Of a stretch of DNA of 64,000 nucleotides, positions 19,688 to 28,158 are shown in pieces. The DNA comes from Pelobium sp. (GTDB lineage Bacteria > Bacteroidota > Bacteroidia > Sphingobacteriales > Sphingobacteriaceae). The notes under the pieces were generated by a model, which saw only the letters and a program-made list of their open reading frames with translations, ran no database searches and had not been told where the DNA came from. Numbering within the stretch: the stretch's first letter is position 1; the number at the start of each line of letters is the position of its first letter. The position numbers were made by a program, and so were the translations under genes. The stretch spans positions 22,891 through 86,890 of the forward strand of contig JBDSHZ010000043.1 in NCBI GenBank assembly GCA_039918235.1. The letters are read 5' to 3'.

Positions 19688-20863
19688 TTATTTTGCAAGC
19701 CTGACACCATTATAATGCCAACGCAATTGTGGGTGAAAAAAATTGCGGTAGCTTATTCTTTTATGATTTGGAGAGGTAGCAATTGAAGCCCCTCTCAGTA
19801 CTTTTTGGTTTACCATAAATTTGCCGTTATATTCCCCTATGGCACCAGGGGCTTTTGAGAAGCCAGGATAAGGCAAATAAGCACTTTCTGTCCATTCCCA
19901 CAATTGGCCCCAATTAAATTGACGGGCAGCTACTTCCCATTCAAATTCTGTTGGCAAACGCATTCCTTTCCAAGATGCAAATGCCGAAGCCTCATAATAG
20001 CTGATATGCGTAACCGGCTCATCCAATCTCAGCTCGTTTAATCCTGAAAGATTATAACGAAACCATTGATCACCCAGTTTATGCCAATACAATGGAGCAT
20101 TTATACCGTTGGTTTTTACCCAATCCCAAGCTTCTGCATGCCAATGCCTAAAATCACCATAAACGTTATCGTTTATAAATTCTAAATATTCTCCATTGCT
20201 TACCAAGGCAGTAGAAATTTCGAAATCATTTAAATAAACCTGATGTTTTCCCAATTCGTTATCAAAACAGAATTCCTCACCTTGATGTCCAATCTGATAT
20301 AAACCAGCTTCAATATTTAGCCATTCTGATTTTTCAGCCTTTAAGTTTTGTTCAATATTTTCATCAGCGTAAGCAGGAAAAAGAGGGTTGTGGCCTAAAA
20401 TATATTTAATATCGTAACATAATAATTCCTGATGCTGTTGTTCATGATTTAAGCCTAAAATCAATATTTCTTTTATTTCTTCATTAGGTTCTCGGCATAA
20501 AAAACGTTCCATTGCTTCATCTACATAAGCTCTATATTTATAAACATCAACAACGGTAGGCCTACTTAAATTACCTCTATCTGTTCTAATGACTCTGGCA
20601 CCAACAGTTTCATAGTAGCTATTGAAAACATAATTGTAATTAGGGTCAAACTCTTGATAAGCCGTAAAATATGGTTTAAGAATCATGGTTTCAAAAAACC
20701 AAGTGGTATGGCCTAGATGCCATTTTGGAGGGCTAACATCAGCGATGGGTTGTACTACATAATCTTCAGTCTGCAGCGGAATACAAATTTCTTCTGAGTG
20801 TTTTCTTACAGATTGATAGTGAGATAGTATATTCATTAATAAGGATTTTAATTTTTTTAACAA
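19688..20863 (-). CDS. egtB: Ergothioneine sulfoxide synthase EgtB (type II-like)
   Basis: DinB-like SPPKWHLGHTTWFFE, FNSYY loop, NHEQQHQE iron-binding His motif and FGE-sulfatase-like C-terminus (RLPTEFEWE, LRGAS, YRNFF). Alternative start at 20836. Confidence 0.93.
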   Translation of the reverse strand: MLKKLKSLLMNILSHYQSVRKHSEEICIPLQTEDYVVQPIADVSPPKWHLGHTTWFFETMILKPYFTAYQEFDPNYNYVFNSYYETVGARVIRTDRGNLSRPTVVDVYKYRAYVDEAMERFLCREPNEEIKEILILGLNHEQQHQELLCYDIKYILGHNPLFPAYADENIEQNLKAEKSEWLNIEAGLYQIGHQGEEFCFDNELGKHQVYLNDFEISTALVSNGEYLEFINDNVYGDFRHWHAEAWDWVKTNGINAPLYWHKLGDQWFRYNLSGLNELRLDEPVTHISYYEASAFASWKGMRLPTEFEWEVAARQFNWGQLWEWTESAYLPYPGFSKAPGAIGEYNGKFMVNQKVLRGASIATSPNHKRISYRNFFHPQLRWHYNGVRLAK

Positions 20864-20917
20864 ACATAATGCCTCATAAGTTTGAGAAATTTTAGAAAAA
20901 AATTAAGGTATCGTATT

Positions 20918-22483
20918 TTATTGGTCTAAATATTCTTTCAAATTACTCACACTTTTAATTGCCAATTTCTTTGCTTGTGCTTTTCGCATCATTAAAGCAT
21001 AAGTGTTGTTAAAACCAATGGGTTTTAGCCATTTAATTTTATAGTTCTTTTGAAACGCAGTTTGTACGTACCGAAAAACTTTTTCTTTGTCGCTCATCAT
21101 GGTAGCAAATAGCTCAGGTTGCTGTGGAAGAATCACCAACAGACCGGTTCCTGTATATTCTGGATAAAAATCTATCTGCTGATTGGTTAAAGCATCAAAA
21201 CAGATTTTTGTGCCGCCTAAACCAGTTTTGGTTTCTACCTGTAAATCCGAATTTCCTAAAATGAGCATTTTATAGATCTGTGCCAAAATATACTGCTCCC
21301 CAAATATTTTAGAACCAATTCTGATGGTTTCTCCGTTTCCGTTTTTTGGAGATTTATATAATTTCTTTTCCATCAGGAAATCTTTAGCCACTTGCTCTGG
21401 CAATTGATGGAGGTAATCAACTTTGTAATTTAAATTGGTCATGGTGCTATCATCAATCACGCCTGAAAGCTGGTTTAAAATTGATTCCAATTCTGGATGC
21501 TTGTTTAAAACTGCTTGATTAATAATTGGCGCTGCAAAGTAAGTAGGGAAGATATGTTTGTTATCTTCAAGGGTAATGAGTCCGAAAGCTTTTAACCTCC
21601 CATCTGTACTGTAGCCACTAATCACGTCCAGCTTTTTTTCAAAAGCGGCTTTGTACATGACCGCATCACTGATCACTACTGTTCTTATTTTTAAACCATA
21701 AATTTTTTTGAGTCCCAAATCTCCATCTTGCCGGCCCATAAATTCGGGTGTGAAACCAGCCAACATTTTTCCTTCAATTGTAGTGGGTAAAAAATAAAAG
21801 GAAGAAAGTAGGAAGAGTAAAACAGGGAGAAATAATAGATAGTTTTTAGTTTTTCTCCATCTTATTTTTTGAACTCGGGACAGTAAAAAATCAAAAATAA
21901 TGGCTAACAAAGCTGCGGGTATGGCACCAGCTAAAATCATATTGGAGTTATTCAGCGCTATTCCACCAAAAATAAATTCTCCTAAACCTCCGGCAGCAAT
22001 GTAAGCCGCAAGTGTTGCTACTCCCACATTAATCACGGTTGCTGTTCTTATGCCTGCCATAATGATTGGGAATGCCAAAGGCAATTCTACTTTTTTTAGA
22101 ATTTGGGCCCGGTTCATACCCATTGCTTTTGCAGCTTCTAAAATTTGGGGCTCAATATTTTTAATTCCGGTATAAGTGTTTCTAATAATGGGTAACAGCG
22201 CATATAAAAATAAAGCAACAATTGCAGGTTTAACACCGATACCCAGAACAGGAATCATTACGCCTAGCAGTGCAATACTTGGAATGGTTTGTAAAATACC
22301 GGCAAAACCTAAAATTGGTCCAGCTAATTTAGCGCTCCTGCTAATCCAGATGCCCAATGGCAACGCAACTAAAATGGCAATAAATAAAGAAATAAAAGTT
22401 AAGCCGATATGCTGTAAGGTCTGATGTAGCAACTGATCAGACTCTTGACTAATAAAATGAAAGAAACTGTTATTTGTCTCCAT
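20918..22483 (-). CDS. Betaine-class ABC transporter, permease fused to substrate-binding domain (OpuBB/EgtU-like)
   Basis: ProW-like permease (LQTIPSIAL, LEAAKAMGM EAA motif, GGLGEFI) plus binding-domain motifs TPEF..R.DG, YSTDGR, GSK..GEQYIL, YPEYTGT and GFNNTYAL. Confidence 0.9.
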   Translation of the reverse strand: METNNSFFHFISQESDQLLHQTLQHIGLTFISLFIAILVALPLGIWISRSAKLAGPILGFAGILQTIPSIALLGVMIPVLGIGVKPAIVALFLYALLPIIRNTYTGIKNIEPQILEAAKAMGMNRAQILKKVELPLAFPIIMAGIRTATVINVGVATLAAYIAAGGLGEFIFGGIALNNSNMILAGAIPAALLAIIFDFLLSRVQKIRWRKTKNYLLFLPVLLFLLSSFYFLPTTIEGKMLAGFTPEFMGRQDGDLGLKKIYGLKIRTVVISDAVMYKAAFEKKLDVISGYSTDGRLKAFGLITLEDNKHIFPTYFAAPIINQAVLNKHPELESILNQLSGVIDDSTMTNLNYKVDYLHQLPEQVAKDFLMEKKLYKSPKNGNGETIRIGSKIFGEQYILAQIYKMLILGNSDLQVETKTGLGGTKICFDALTNQQIDFYPEYTGTGLLVILPQQPELFATMMSDKEKVFRYVQTAFQKNYKIKWLKPIGFNNTYALMMRKAQAKKLAIKSVSNLKEYLDQ

Positions 22484-23426
22484 TTCTTTCTTTTTTATAG
22501 TTTTCCAAAGCCTGCATTAAAGATGCTGACGTAATGTTTTTTACTTCACCATTGTATTCAAAAGCAGTTGACCCTGTTTCCGCTAATTGCTCTAACGTAT
22601 CCCAAACATTGAGATTTTTGATGGGAGAAGTTTCTAAATGGTTGTTAACGTGATTATTTAAAAATCCCCATAATTTCTCTAATTGGATAGATTTCAAGGA
22701 AAGCTGTAATTGATGACCTTTAAAAAAGTCGCGGACCATTTTGTTGACAGGTTTTTGCATCAAATCTCTAGGTTCGCCAATCTGAAGTACCTCGCCTTCA
22801 CTCATTAAACAAATTCGGTCTCCAAGTTCAAATGCTTCGTTAATATCATGGGTAACCATCACTATTGTTTTGCTTTGCAGTTCATCCAAAGACAAAAATT
22901 CTTGTTTAATGCTGTTTCTAGTAATGGGATCTAAAGCACCTAAAGGTTCATCCATCAATAATATTGGAGGATTAGCGGATAAAGCCCGGGCTAGACCTAT
23001 TCTTTGTTGTTGCCCGCCACTTAATTCATTAGGAAATTTATTTTTAAGCGTTAAAGGAAGATGAAGCTTTTCCATGAGCTCATCTGTTCTTTTGGTAATT
23101 TTATCTGGTTTCCATTTCAATAATTGAGGAACAATTTCAATATTTTGTGCAATGTTATAATGGGGGAAAAGGCCATGGTTTTGCATGACATAGCCAATCC
23201 CAAGCCTAAGCTCTTCAGGTTGAATGGCAGCACTATCTTTCCCATTGATAAAAATACTTCCATGATCAGGATTGATAAGCCTATTGATCATTTTTAAAGT
23301 GGTGGTTTTACCGCAGCCACTAGTGCCCAATAAGATTAAAGTCTCGCCTTTTTCAACAGTAAAGCTCAAAGCTTTTACGGCTTTTGTTTTTCCAAAATCT
23401 TTGCTGATCTGTTTGACTTCAATCAT
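22470..23426 (-). CDS. Betaine-class ABC transporter ATP-binding subunit (OpuBA/EgtV-like)
   Basis: GTSGCGKTT, MINRLI, IGYVMQ, LSGGQQQRIG and LLMDEPLGALDPITR; 14-nt overlap with the permease gene. Confidence 0.92.
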   Translation of the reverse strand: MIEVKQISKDFGKTKAVKALSFTVEKGETLILLGTSGCGKTTTLKMINRLINPDHGSIFINGKDSAAIQPEELRLGIGYVMQNHGLFPHYNIAQNIEIVPQLLKWKPDKITKRTDELMEKLHLPLTLKNKFPNELSGGQQQRIGLARALSANPPILLMDEPLGALDPITRNSIKQEFLSLDELQSKTIVMVTHDINEAFELGDRICLMSEGEVLQIGEPRDLMQKPVNKMVRDFFKGHQLQLSLKSIQLEKLWGFLNNHVNNHLETSPIKNLNVWDTLEQLAETGSTAFEYNGEVKNITSASLMQALENYKKERNGDK

Positions 23427-23478
23427 TGATTAATGATGTTTTAGAGTTATTTAAATATAAAAAATCTAAAAGGAAGTT

Positions 23479-24861
23479 CTAATCTAAAGACATAAAAAGA
23501 TTGTTGAGTGATTCGGCATATAAAGGATGTGCGAAAATATTATACCGGATTTGTTCATAGGTAATATTACCCAACATTGCGATTTGTAAAATAGACATGA
23601 TTTCTCCGCCTTCTGCTCCAATCACTGTTGCGCCTAAAATCATTTTTGTTTCGGGATCTACAATAGCTTTCATAAATCCATTTGTTTCCCCAGTTTCTAA
23701 GGCTCTGGCTACGTATTTCATGGGTAGTTTAGCCACTTTATAATTGATGCCTTTTTCTTTTGCCTCTTTTTCAGATATCCCTACACGCCCTAATTGAGGA
23801 TCGGTGAACATACAATAGGGAAGTGCTCTTCCTTTAGTAGTCATGTCTCCATTTTGCAAAATATTCTTACTCACAATCACAAAATCATTGTAAGAAATAT
23901 GTGTAAAAGCTGGTCCTCCTTTTACATCGCCTAAGGCATAAATATTTTTCGCAGAAGTTTTTAGTTTGTCATCTACTTTAACATATCCTTTCTCATCGGT
24001 ATCTACTCCGGCAAAAGATAAACGGAGATTTTTTGTTTGTGGAGCTCTTCCAGAAGCTATTAAAATATGGCTACAGCTAAATGTGTGGTTTTTTCCATTG
24101 ATCTCTGCTGTTACTGTTTTTTCCTTTTTCCCTTCAACTCTTATCACATCGGCATTGGTGTGAATTTCAATACCTTCCTGCTTAAAAACATCGGATATGG
24201 AGGTACATACATCTTCATCCTCATGAGGTAATAAAGTTTTTGATTTTTCTAAGATGGTAACTTTGGAGCCAAACCTGCTCATCATTTGCCCAAATTCCAA
24301 AGCAATATAACCGCCACCAACAATAACCAAATGTTTGGGTATCTCTTCTAAATCTAAAAGTGTTGTAGAAGTTAAATATTCAGTCTCCTTAATGCCCTCT
24401 ATTTCTGGAATATAGGGAGTACAGCCAGTATTAATGAAAATCAGTTCTCCCTTAATTTCTGTCTCTTCTTGTCCGTTTTTTATGAGCATTGTTTCATTGT
24501 CTATAAATGAAGCTTCACCCATTATTATATGCAGATTAGGAGTTTTTTCTAATCCTTTGATTGCGCCATTTCTAAAAGATTCTACAATGTTATTTTTTAA
24601 CTTAAGAGCGGTATCATAATTGATTTTTAAATGATCAGTTTCTACACCCCAATTTTTTCCGTTTCTTGCTAAATGAGCTACTCTTGCAGAAAAAATCATT
24701 GTTTTTGTGGGCGAACAGCCATCGTTTATACAGGTTCCACCAATTATTCTCTTTTCAATAATTGCTACGCTTTTTCCAGATGAAGCTAATTTTTTTGCCA
24801 GAGGAATTCCTGCTTGTCCGGCACCAATAACAATGGCATCAAATTTTTTAGGATTTTTCAA
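23479..24861 (-). CDS. Class I pyridine nucleotide-disulfide reductase, RclA/Har-like ('mercuric reductase-like')
   Basis: IGAGQAG, redox CxxxxC in GGTCINDGCSPTK, VGGGYIALEFG, LGDV and C-terminal HPLYAESLNNLF without a terminal Cys-Cys pair. Confidence 0.85.
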   Translation of the reverse strand: MKNPKKFDAIVIGAGQAGIPLAKKLASSGKSVAIIEKRIIGGTCINDGCSPTKTMIFSARVAHLARNGKNWGVETDHLKINYDTALKLKNNIVESFRNGAIKGLEKTPNLHIIMGEASFIDNETMLIKNGQEETEIKGELIFINTGCTPYIPEIEGIKETEYLTSTTLLDLEEIPKHLVIVGGGYIALEFGQMMSRFGSKVTILEKSKTLLPHEDEDVCTSISDVFKQEGIEIHTNADVIRVEGKKEKTVTAEINGKNHTFSCSHILIASGRAPQTKNLRLSFAGVDTDEKGYVKVDDKLKTSAKNIYALGDVKGGPAFTHISYNDFVIVSKNILQNGDMTTKGRALPYCMFTDPQLGRVGISEKEAKEKGINYKVAKLPMKYVARALETGETNGFMKAIVDPETKMILGATVIGAEGGEIMSILQIAMLGNITYEQIRYNIFAHPLYAESLNNLFMSLD

Positions 24862-25132
24862 CTTTTACTCCTTTCCAAAACGCCACATAATCTTTAATCT
24901 CTTTAGCGGCATCTTTAGGTTGAGGATAGAACCAAGCGACTTCCTTATTTTCATCTCCATTTACATCAATATTGTAGTAAGAAGCTTCCCCTTTCCAAGG
25001 ACAGGAAGTATGTTTATTGGAGGGTGTAAAAAAGGTTTTATTGATAGAAGAAGGCGGGAAATAATGATTGTTCTCTATAACAATTGTCTCCTCACTTTCT
25101 GCAATGGTTTTTCCGTTCCAAATGGCTTTCAT
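24848..25132 (-). CDS. DUF427 domain protein
   Basis: AIWNG..IAES, ENNHYFP, TSCPWKGEASYY, AWFYP and YVAFW; 14-nt overlap with the reductase gene. Confidence 0.92.
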   Translation of the reverse strand: MKAIWNGKTIAESEETIVIENNHYFPPSSINKTFFTPSNKHTSCPWKGEASYYNIDVNGDENKEVAWFYPQPKDAAKEIKDYVAFWKGVKVEKS

Positions 25133-25169
25133 AATTTCCTATTTAAGTTTATCTTATTCTATAAACAAT

Positions 25170-25197
25170 AAATGCTCCAAATTGATTTGGAGCATTT
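25170..25197 (-). terminator. Perfect hairpin, likely terminator upstream of the DUF427-egt operon
   Basis: AAATGCTCCAAAT-TG-ATTTGGAGCATTT. Confidence 0.65.
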
Positions 25198-25245
25198 AAA
25201 TTGAGAAATCCGATTTGGATGATCTATTTCATTACTAAATAAATC

Positions 25246-25677
25246 TTACTTAAAAATAGAGGTCACTTCTGTGATTTTCCAGCTTTGGTTTGTTCTTACC
25301 ATGGTAACATAATCTTCTCTAACAAAAGTTGGATAAATCATGCTGATTTTCACCAAACTGTAATTAGTTGTGCTCACCAATGCGCTTGAGGCAAGCTTGC
25401 AGTTTTGTATGATTCCAACATTTGATTTCATGAAAGCCAGCTCTTCATTTTTTCCGTGAGTCATCATTTTTCCGTTTCTCTCCAGGTTAAATTTTACATC
25501 GTTAGAAAGAATATTTGAAAAGTCTTCACTGTATCCAGTTTTGATTTTTTTAATATAGGTTTCTACATTATACTGTAAGCTTTTGTTGTCAATATTTCTT
25601 TCATCTGCTTTAGCGAAAGAAATGCCAGCTACTAAAAAGATAGCGACAAATAAGGTTTTAATTGTTTGAGTTTTCAT
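25246..25677 (-). CDS. Secreted NTF2-like/putative lumazine-binding family protein
   Basis: Signal peptide; C-terminal REDYVTMV...WKITEV pattern typical of NTF2-like folds. Confidence 0.6.
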   Translation of the reverse strand: MKTQTIKTLFVAIFLVAGISFAKADERNIDNKSLQYNVETYIKKIKTGYSEDFSNILSNDVKFNLERNGKMMTHGKNEELAFMKSNVGIIQNCKLASSALVSTTNYSLVKISMIYPTFVREDYVTMVRTNQSWKITEVTSIFK

Positions 25678-25846
25678 GGTTCTTGATTTTAATAATTAAT
25701 AATTTTCTTATATATACAAGACACCACGAAAAGGCAAAACGTTACAGCGTTTATTCGATTTAACAGTTAAATAATGTTAAATTGATATTATTGGAAAAAT
25801 TGAGGTTTTTTTGAGAAAAATAAAGATCATTTACAATGAATTAATA

Positions 25847-27328
25847 TTAATAGCCGATTCTTTTTAAACCGTCTTTTGCTTTTGTTTCTATGCTGTTCTC
25901 ATATTCATGGTTTTTCATAGCAATGGATTGCTTGAAATAACTGGCAGCCCTAGGACGATCATTTTTGTTTTCATAAATGTAACCAATAAAAAGAGCGGCA
26001 TTAGCGGCATAATAGTAAGAGGTTGTTTTGCCTAGGCTCATTGCTTTTTGATAATTAGCAATTGCATCATTGCTTTTTCCAAGTTCATCATAAACCCTTC
26101 CAAATCTGTAATAATATTCAATTTGATCTCTTTGAAGTTTAAAATCAGAAACGGAATTTCCCTGCAATTGGGCCAATGCTTTAGCATAATAACCACCATC
26201 AAAATAAAAACGGGCTTTTAACAAGTCCTTATTTGGCGGGGTATCATTTGCTTCTTTTAATGCCTGTTTGTCCTTTTCATCAATGGTATTTCCTTGGCTT
26301 TTAACCATTTTTAAAAAAGCATGATACCGCGAATCGTCATTTCTGAGATAATAGTAATAGGAAAGTTTGAGGTAAGCATCTTTCACATAATTAATTCCGT
26401 TATATTCTTTTAGGTATTTAATCAGATAAATGTTGGCGTCAGAATCCATACGGTTTAGCTTCGCATTTCCAATTAAATAGTTAATCAATGGAAATTCGCT
26501 ATAATTGCTCCCTTGTGGTCTTTTGGTTAAATAAGAAATGGCAGTATCATTACGTCCGTTTCTCATAGAAATATAACCTTGTAAATAGGCTTTTAGCAGG
26601 CTTTTGTTACTATTAGAAGCCAAGTAAGACATGGTTTTTTGGTAATTATTTTTATTTGGAGCCAAATCTGTTTCTATGTAGCAGAGAAAAAAAACCACTT
26701 CATCTGAATAGAAATTATAAGATGTTTTAGGCAGGCTACTCATTAGGCTTTCTAAGGTATTGATACCTCTGTTTACATTTCCTGTAAAGCCAAAAGTGGA
26801 GGAAAGACTTTTTAAATTTGAAGGAATTGCACCCATAATTACATCAATTAAACCGGCACTTTTCTTATTTGGCAAAAAACCCGGAAATTTCTTCCCGTTT
26901 TCATCTAAAAGATTATCAGCCCTTCTAATATCTAAGGCGGAGGAAAGGAAATCTTGATAGCGGCTTTTTAGCAATCCCCATTGGAGGTTAACCTCTGCTT
27001 GGGCAAAAAGATAATATGGAGAATTTTTATCCTGCTTTTCAAGCAGATTTAACCGACTTGTTTTTAGAGATTTTAACCGCTCATAATCTGCTTTACTTTC
27101 TGAAGTAAGTAGCGTAAAAAAATCAACATAGTTATCTAAAAGAATAGAAATACCATTATTAGGATTTTGAGATTTTTCTCTTTGGATCAGGGTTTTTGCT
27201 TCTGTTAGCCTTAAATCAAAAATGGCTTCATAGGCATTAATGCAATTGGCGTTAAAATCAAAATTGGCTTTAGCAAGATTTATTGTTGTAAAGAATAGAA
27301 AAAGGAGGATAGTTAATTTTTTGATCAT
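25847..27328 (-). CDS. Secreted tetratricopeptide-repeat protein
   Basis: Signal peptide; C-terminal TPR-like helices (YYYRFGRVYDELG...AIANYQKA). Confidence 0.7.
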   Translation of the reverse strand: MIKKLTILLFLFFTTINLAKANFDFNANCINAYEAIFDLRLTEAKTLIQREKSQNPNNGISILLDNYVDFFTLLTSESKADYERLKSLKTSRLNLLEKQDKNSPYYLFAQAEVNLQWGLLKSRYQDFLSSALDIRRADNLLDENGKKFPGFLPNKKSAGLIDVIMGAIPSNLKSLSSTFGFTGNVNRGINTLESLMSSLPKTSYNFYSDEVVFFLCYIETDLAPNKNNYQKTMSYLASNSNKSLLKAYLQGYISMRNGRNDTAISYLTKRPQGSNYSEFPLINYLIGNAKLNRMDSDANIYLIKYLKEYNGINYVKDAYLKLSYYYYLRNDDSRYHAFLKMVKSQGNTIDEKDKQALKEANDTPPNKDLLKARFYFDGGYYAKALAQLQGNSVSDFKLQRDQIEYYYRFGRVYDELGKSNDAIANYQKAMSLGKTTSYYYAANAALFIGYIYENKNDRPRAASYFKQSIAMKNHEYENSIETKAKDGLKRIGY

Positions 27329-27354
27329 TCTAATTTAATAGTGTATAAAATAAA

Positions 27355-27382
27355 AAAACATCCTGATTAATCAGGATGTTTT
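27355..27382 (-). terminator. Intrinsic terminator after the zinc-ribbon gene
   Basis: Perfect palindrome AAAACATCCTGATTAATCAGGATGTTTT with flanking A/T runs. Confidence 0.7.
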
Positions 27383-27408
27383 GTTTTTGTGCAATAAGAA
27401 TACCAAAG

Positions 27409-28158
27409 TTAAACTACTTCTCCTTTGGCTACATCTGCCATGGTTTCATCAACTAAGATTCTGCCACAGTGCTCACAAACAATAATTTTCTTACGTTGAC
27501 GGATATCCGACTGACGTTGAGGTGGAATTTGATTAAAACAACCAGAACATGAATCACGCTCAATAGTTACTACTGCTAAACCATTTTTAAAGTTGGTTCT
27601 TAAGCGGTTGTAAGCAATTTTTAAACGATCTTCAATTTTTTCTTCTGCTTTGTCAGCTTCTTTTAACAAAACTTCTTCTTCTTTTTGAGTTTCAGAAGTA
27701 AGGTTTGCCAATTCAGTTTGTTTAATTTCTAAATCGCCTTTTCTTTCTTCAAGATCTGTTAAAGCTTTCTCGTAAACCTCAGTTTTGCTGCTGATATCGT
27801 ACTGCAATTCTTTGATTTTCTTTTCAGAAACCAAAACATCTAATCCCTGAATTTCAATTTCTTTTGCAATTGCGTCAAATTCACGGTTGTTTTTAACGTT
27901 GTTCTGTTGTGTTTCATATTTCTTGACTAAAGCTAAAGATTCCTTAATCATGTTTTTGCGATTCACAATAGAATCCTCTAAATCATCCAATTCAGTTTTA
28001 AACTTCTGGATACGGGTTTCTAATCCGGCAACATCATCTTCTAAATCTGCAACTTCCATTGGAAGCTCTCCACGGGTCTGACGGATTTTATCAACTTTAG
28101 TGTGGATGGTCTGTAGCTCGTATAAAGCTTCAAGCTTTTGTTCTATGGTTTGTTCCAT
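27409..28158 (-). CDS. Coiled-coil protein with C4 zinc ribbon (DUF164, CdsZ/HP0958-like)
   Basis: Long coiled coil, NNREFDA, CSGC...CEHCGRIL. Confidence 0.9.
   Translation of the reverse strand: MEQTIEQKLEALYELQTIHTKVDKIRQTRGELPMEVADLEDDVAGLETRIQKFKTELDDLEDSIVNRKNMIKESLALVKKYETQQNNVKNNREFDAIAKEIEIQGLDVLVSEKKIKELQYDISSKTEVYEKALTDLEERKGDLEIKQTELANLTSETQKEEEVLLKEADKAEEKIEDRLKIAYNRLRTNFKNGLAVVTIERDSCSGCFNQIPPQRQSDIRQRKKIIVCEHCGRILVDETMADVAKGEVV

Noticed and set aside
23479-24861. True mercuric reductase MerA
   Set aside because: No C-terminal Cys-Cys, no NmerA domain and no merR/T/P genes.
18739-25132. Selenoneine (senABC) cluster
   Set aside because: No SelD-like SenC or glycosyltransferase SenB in the window.
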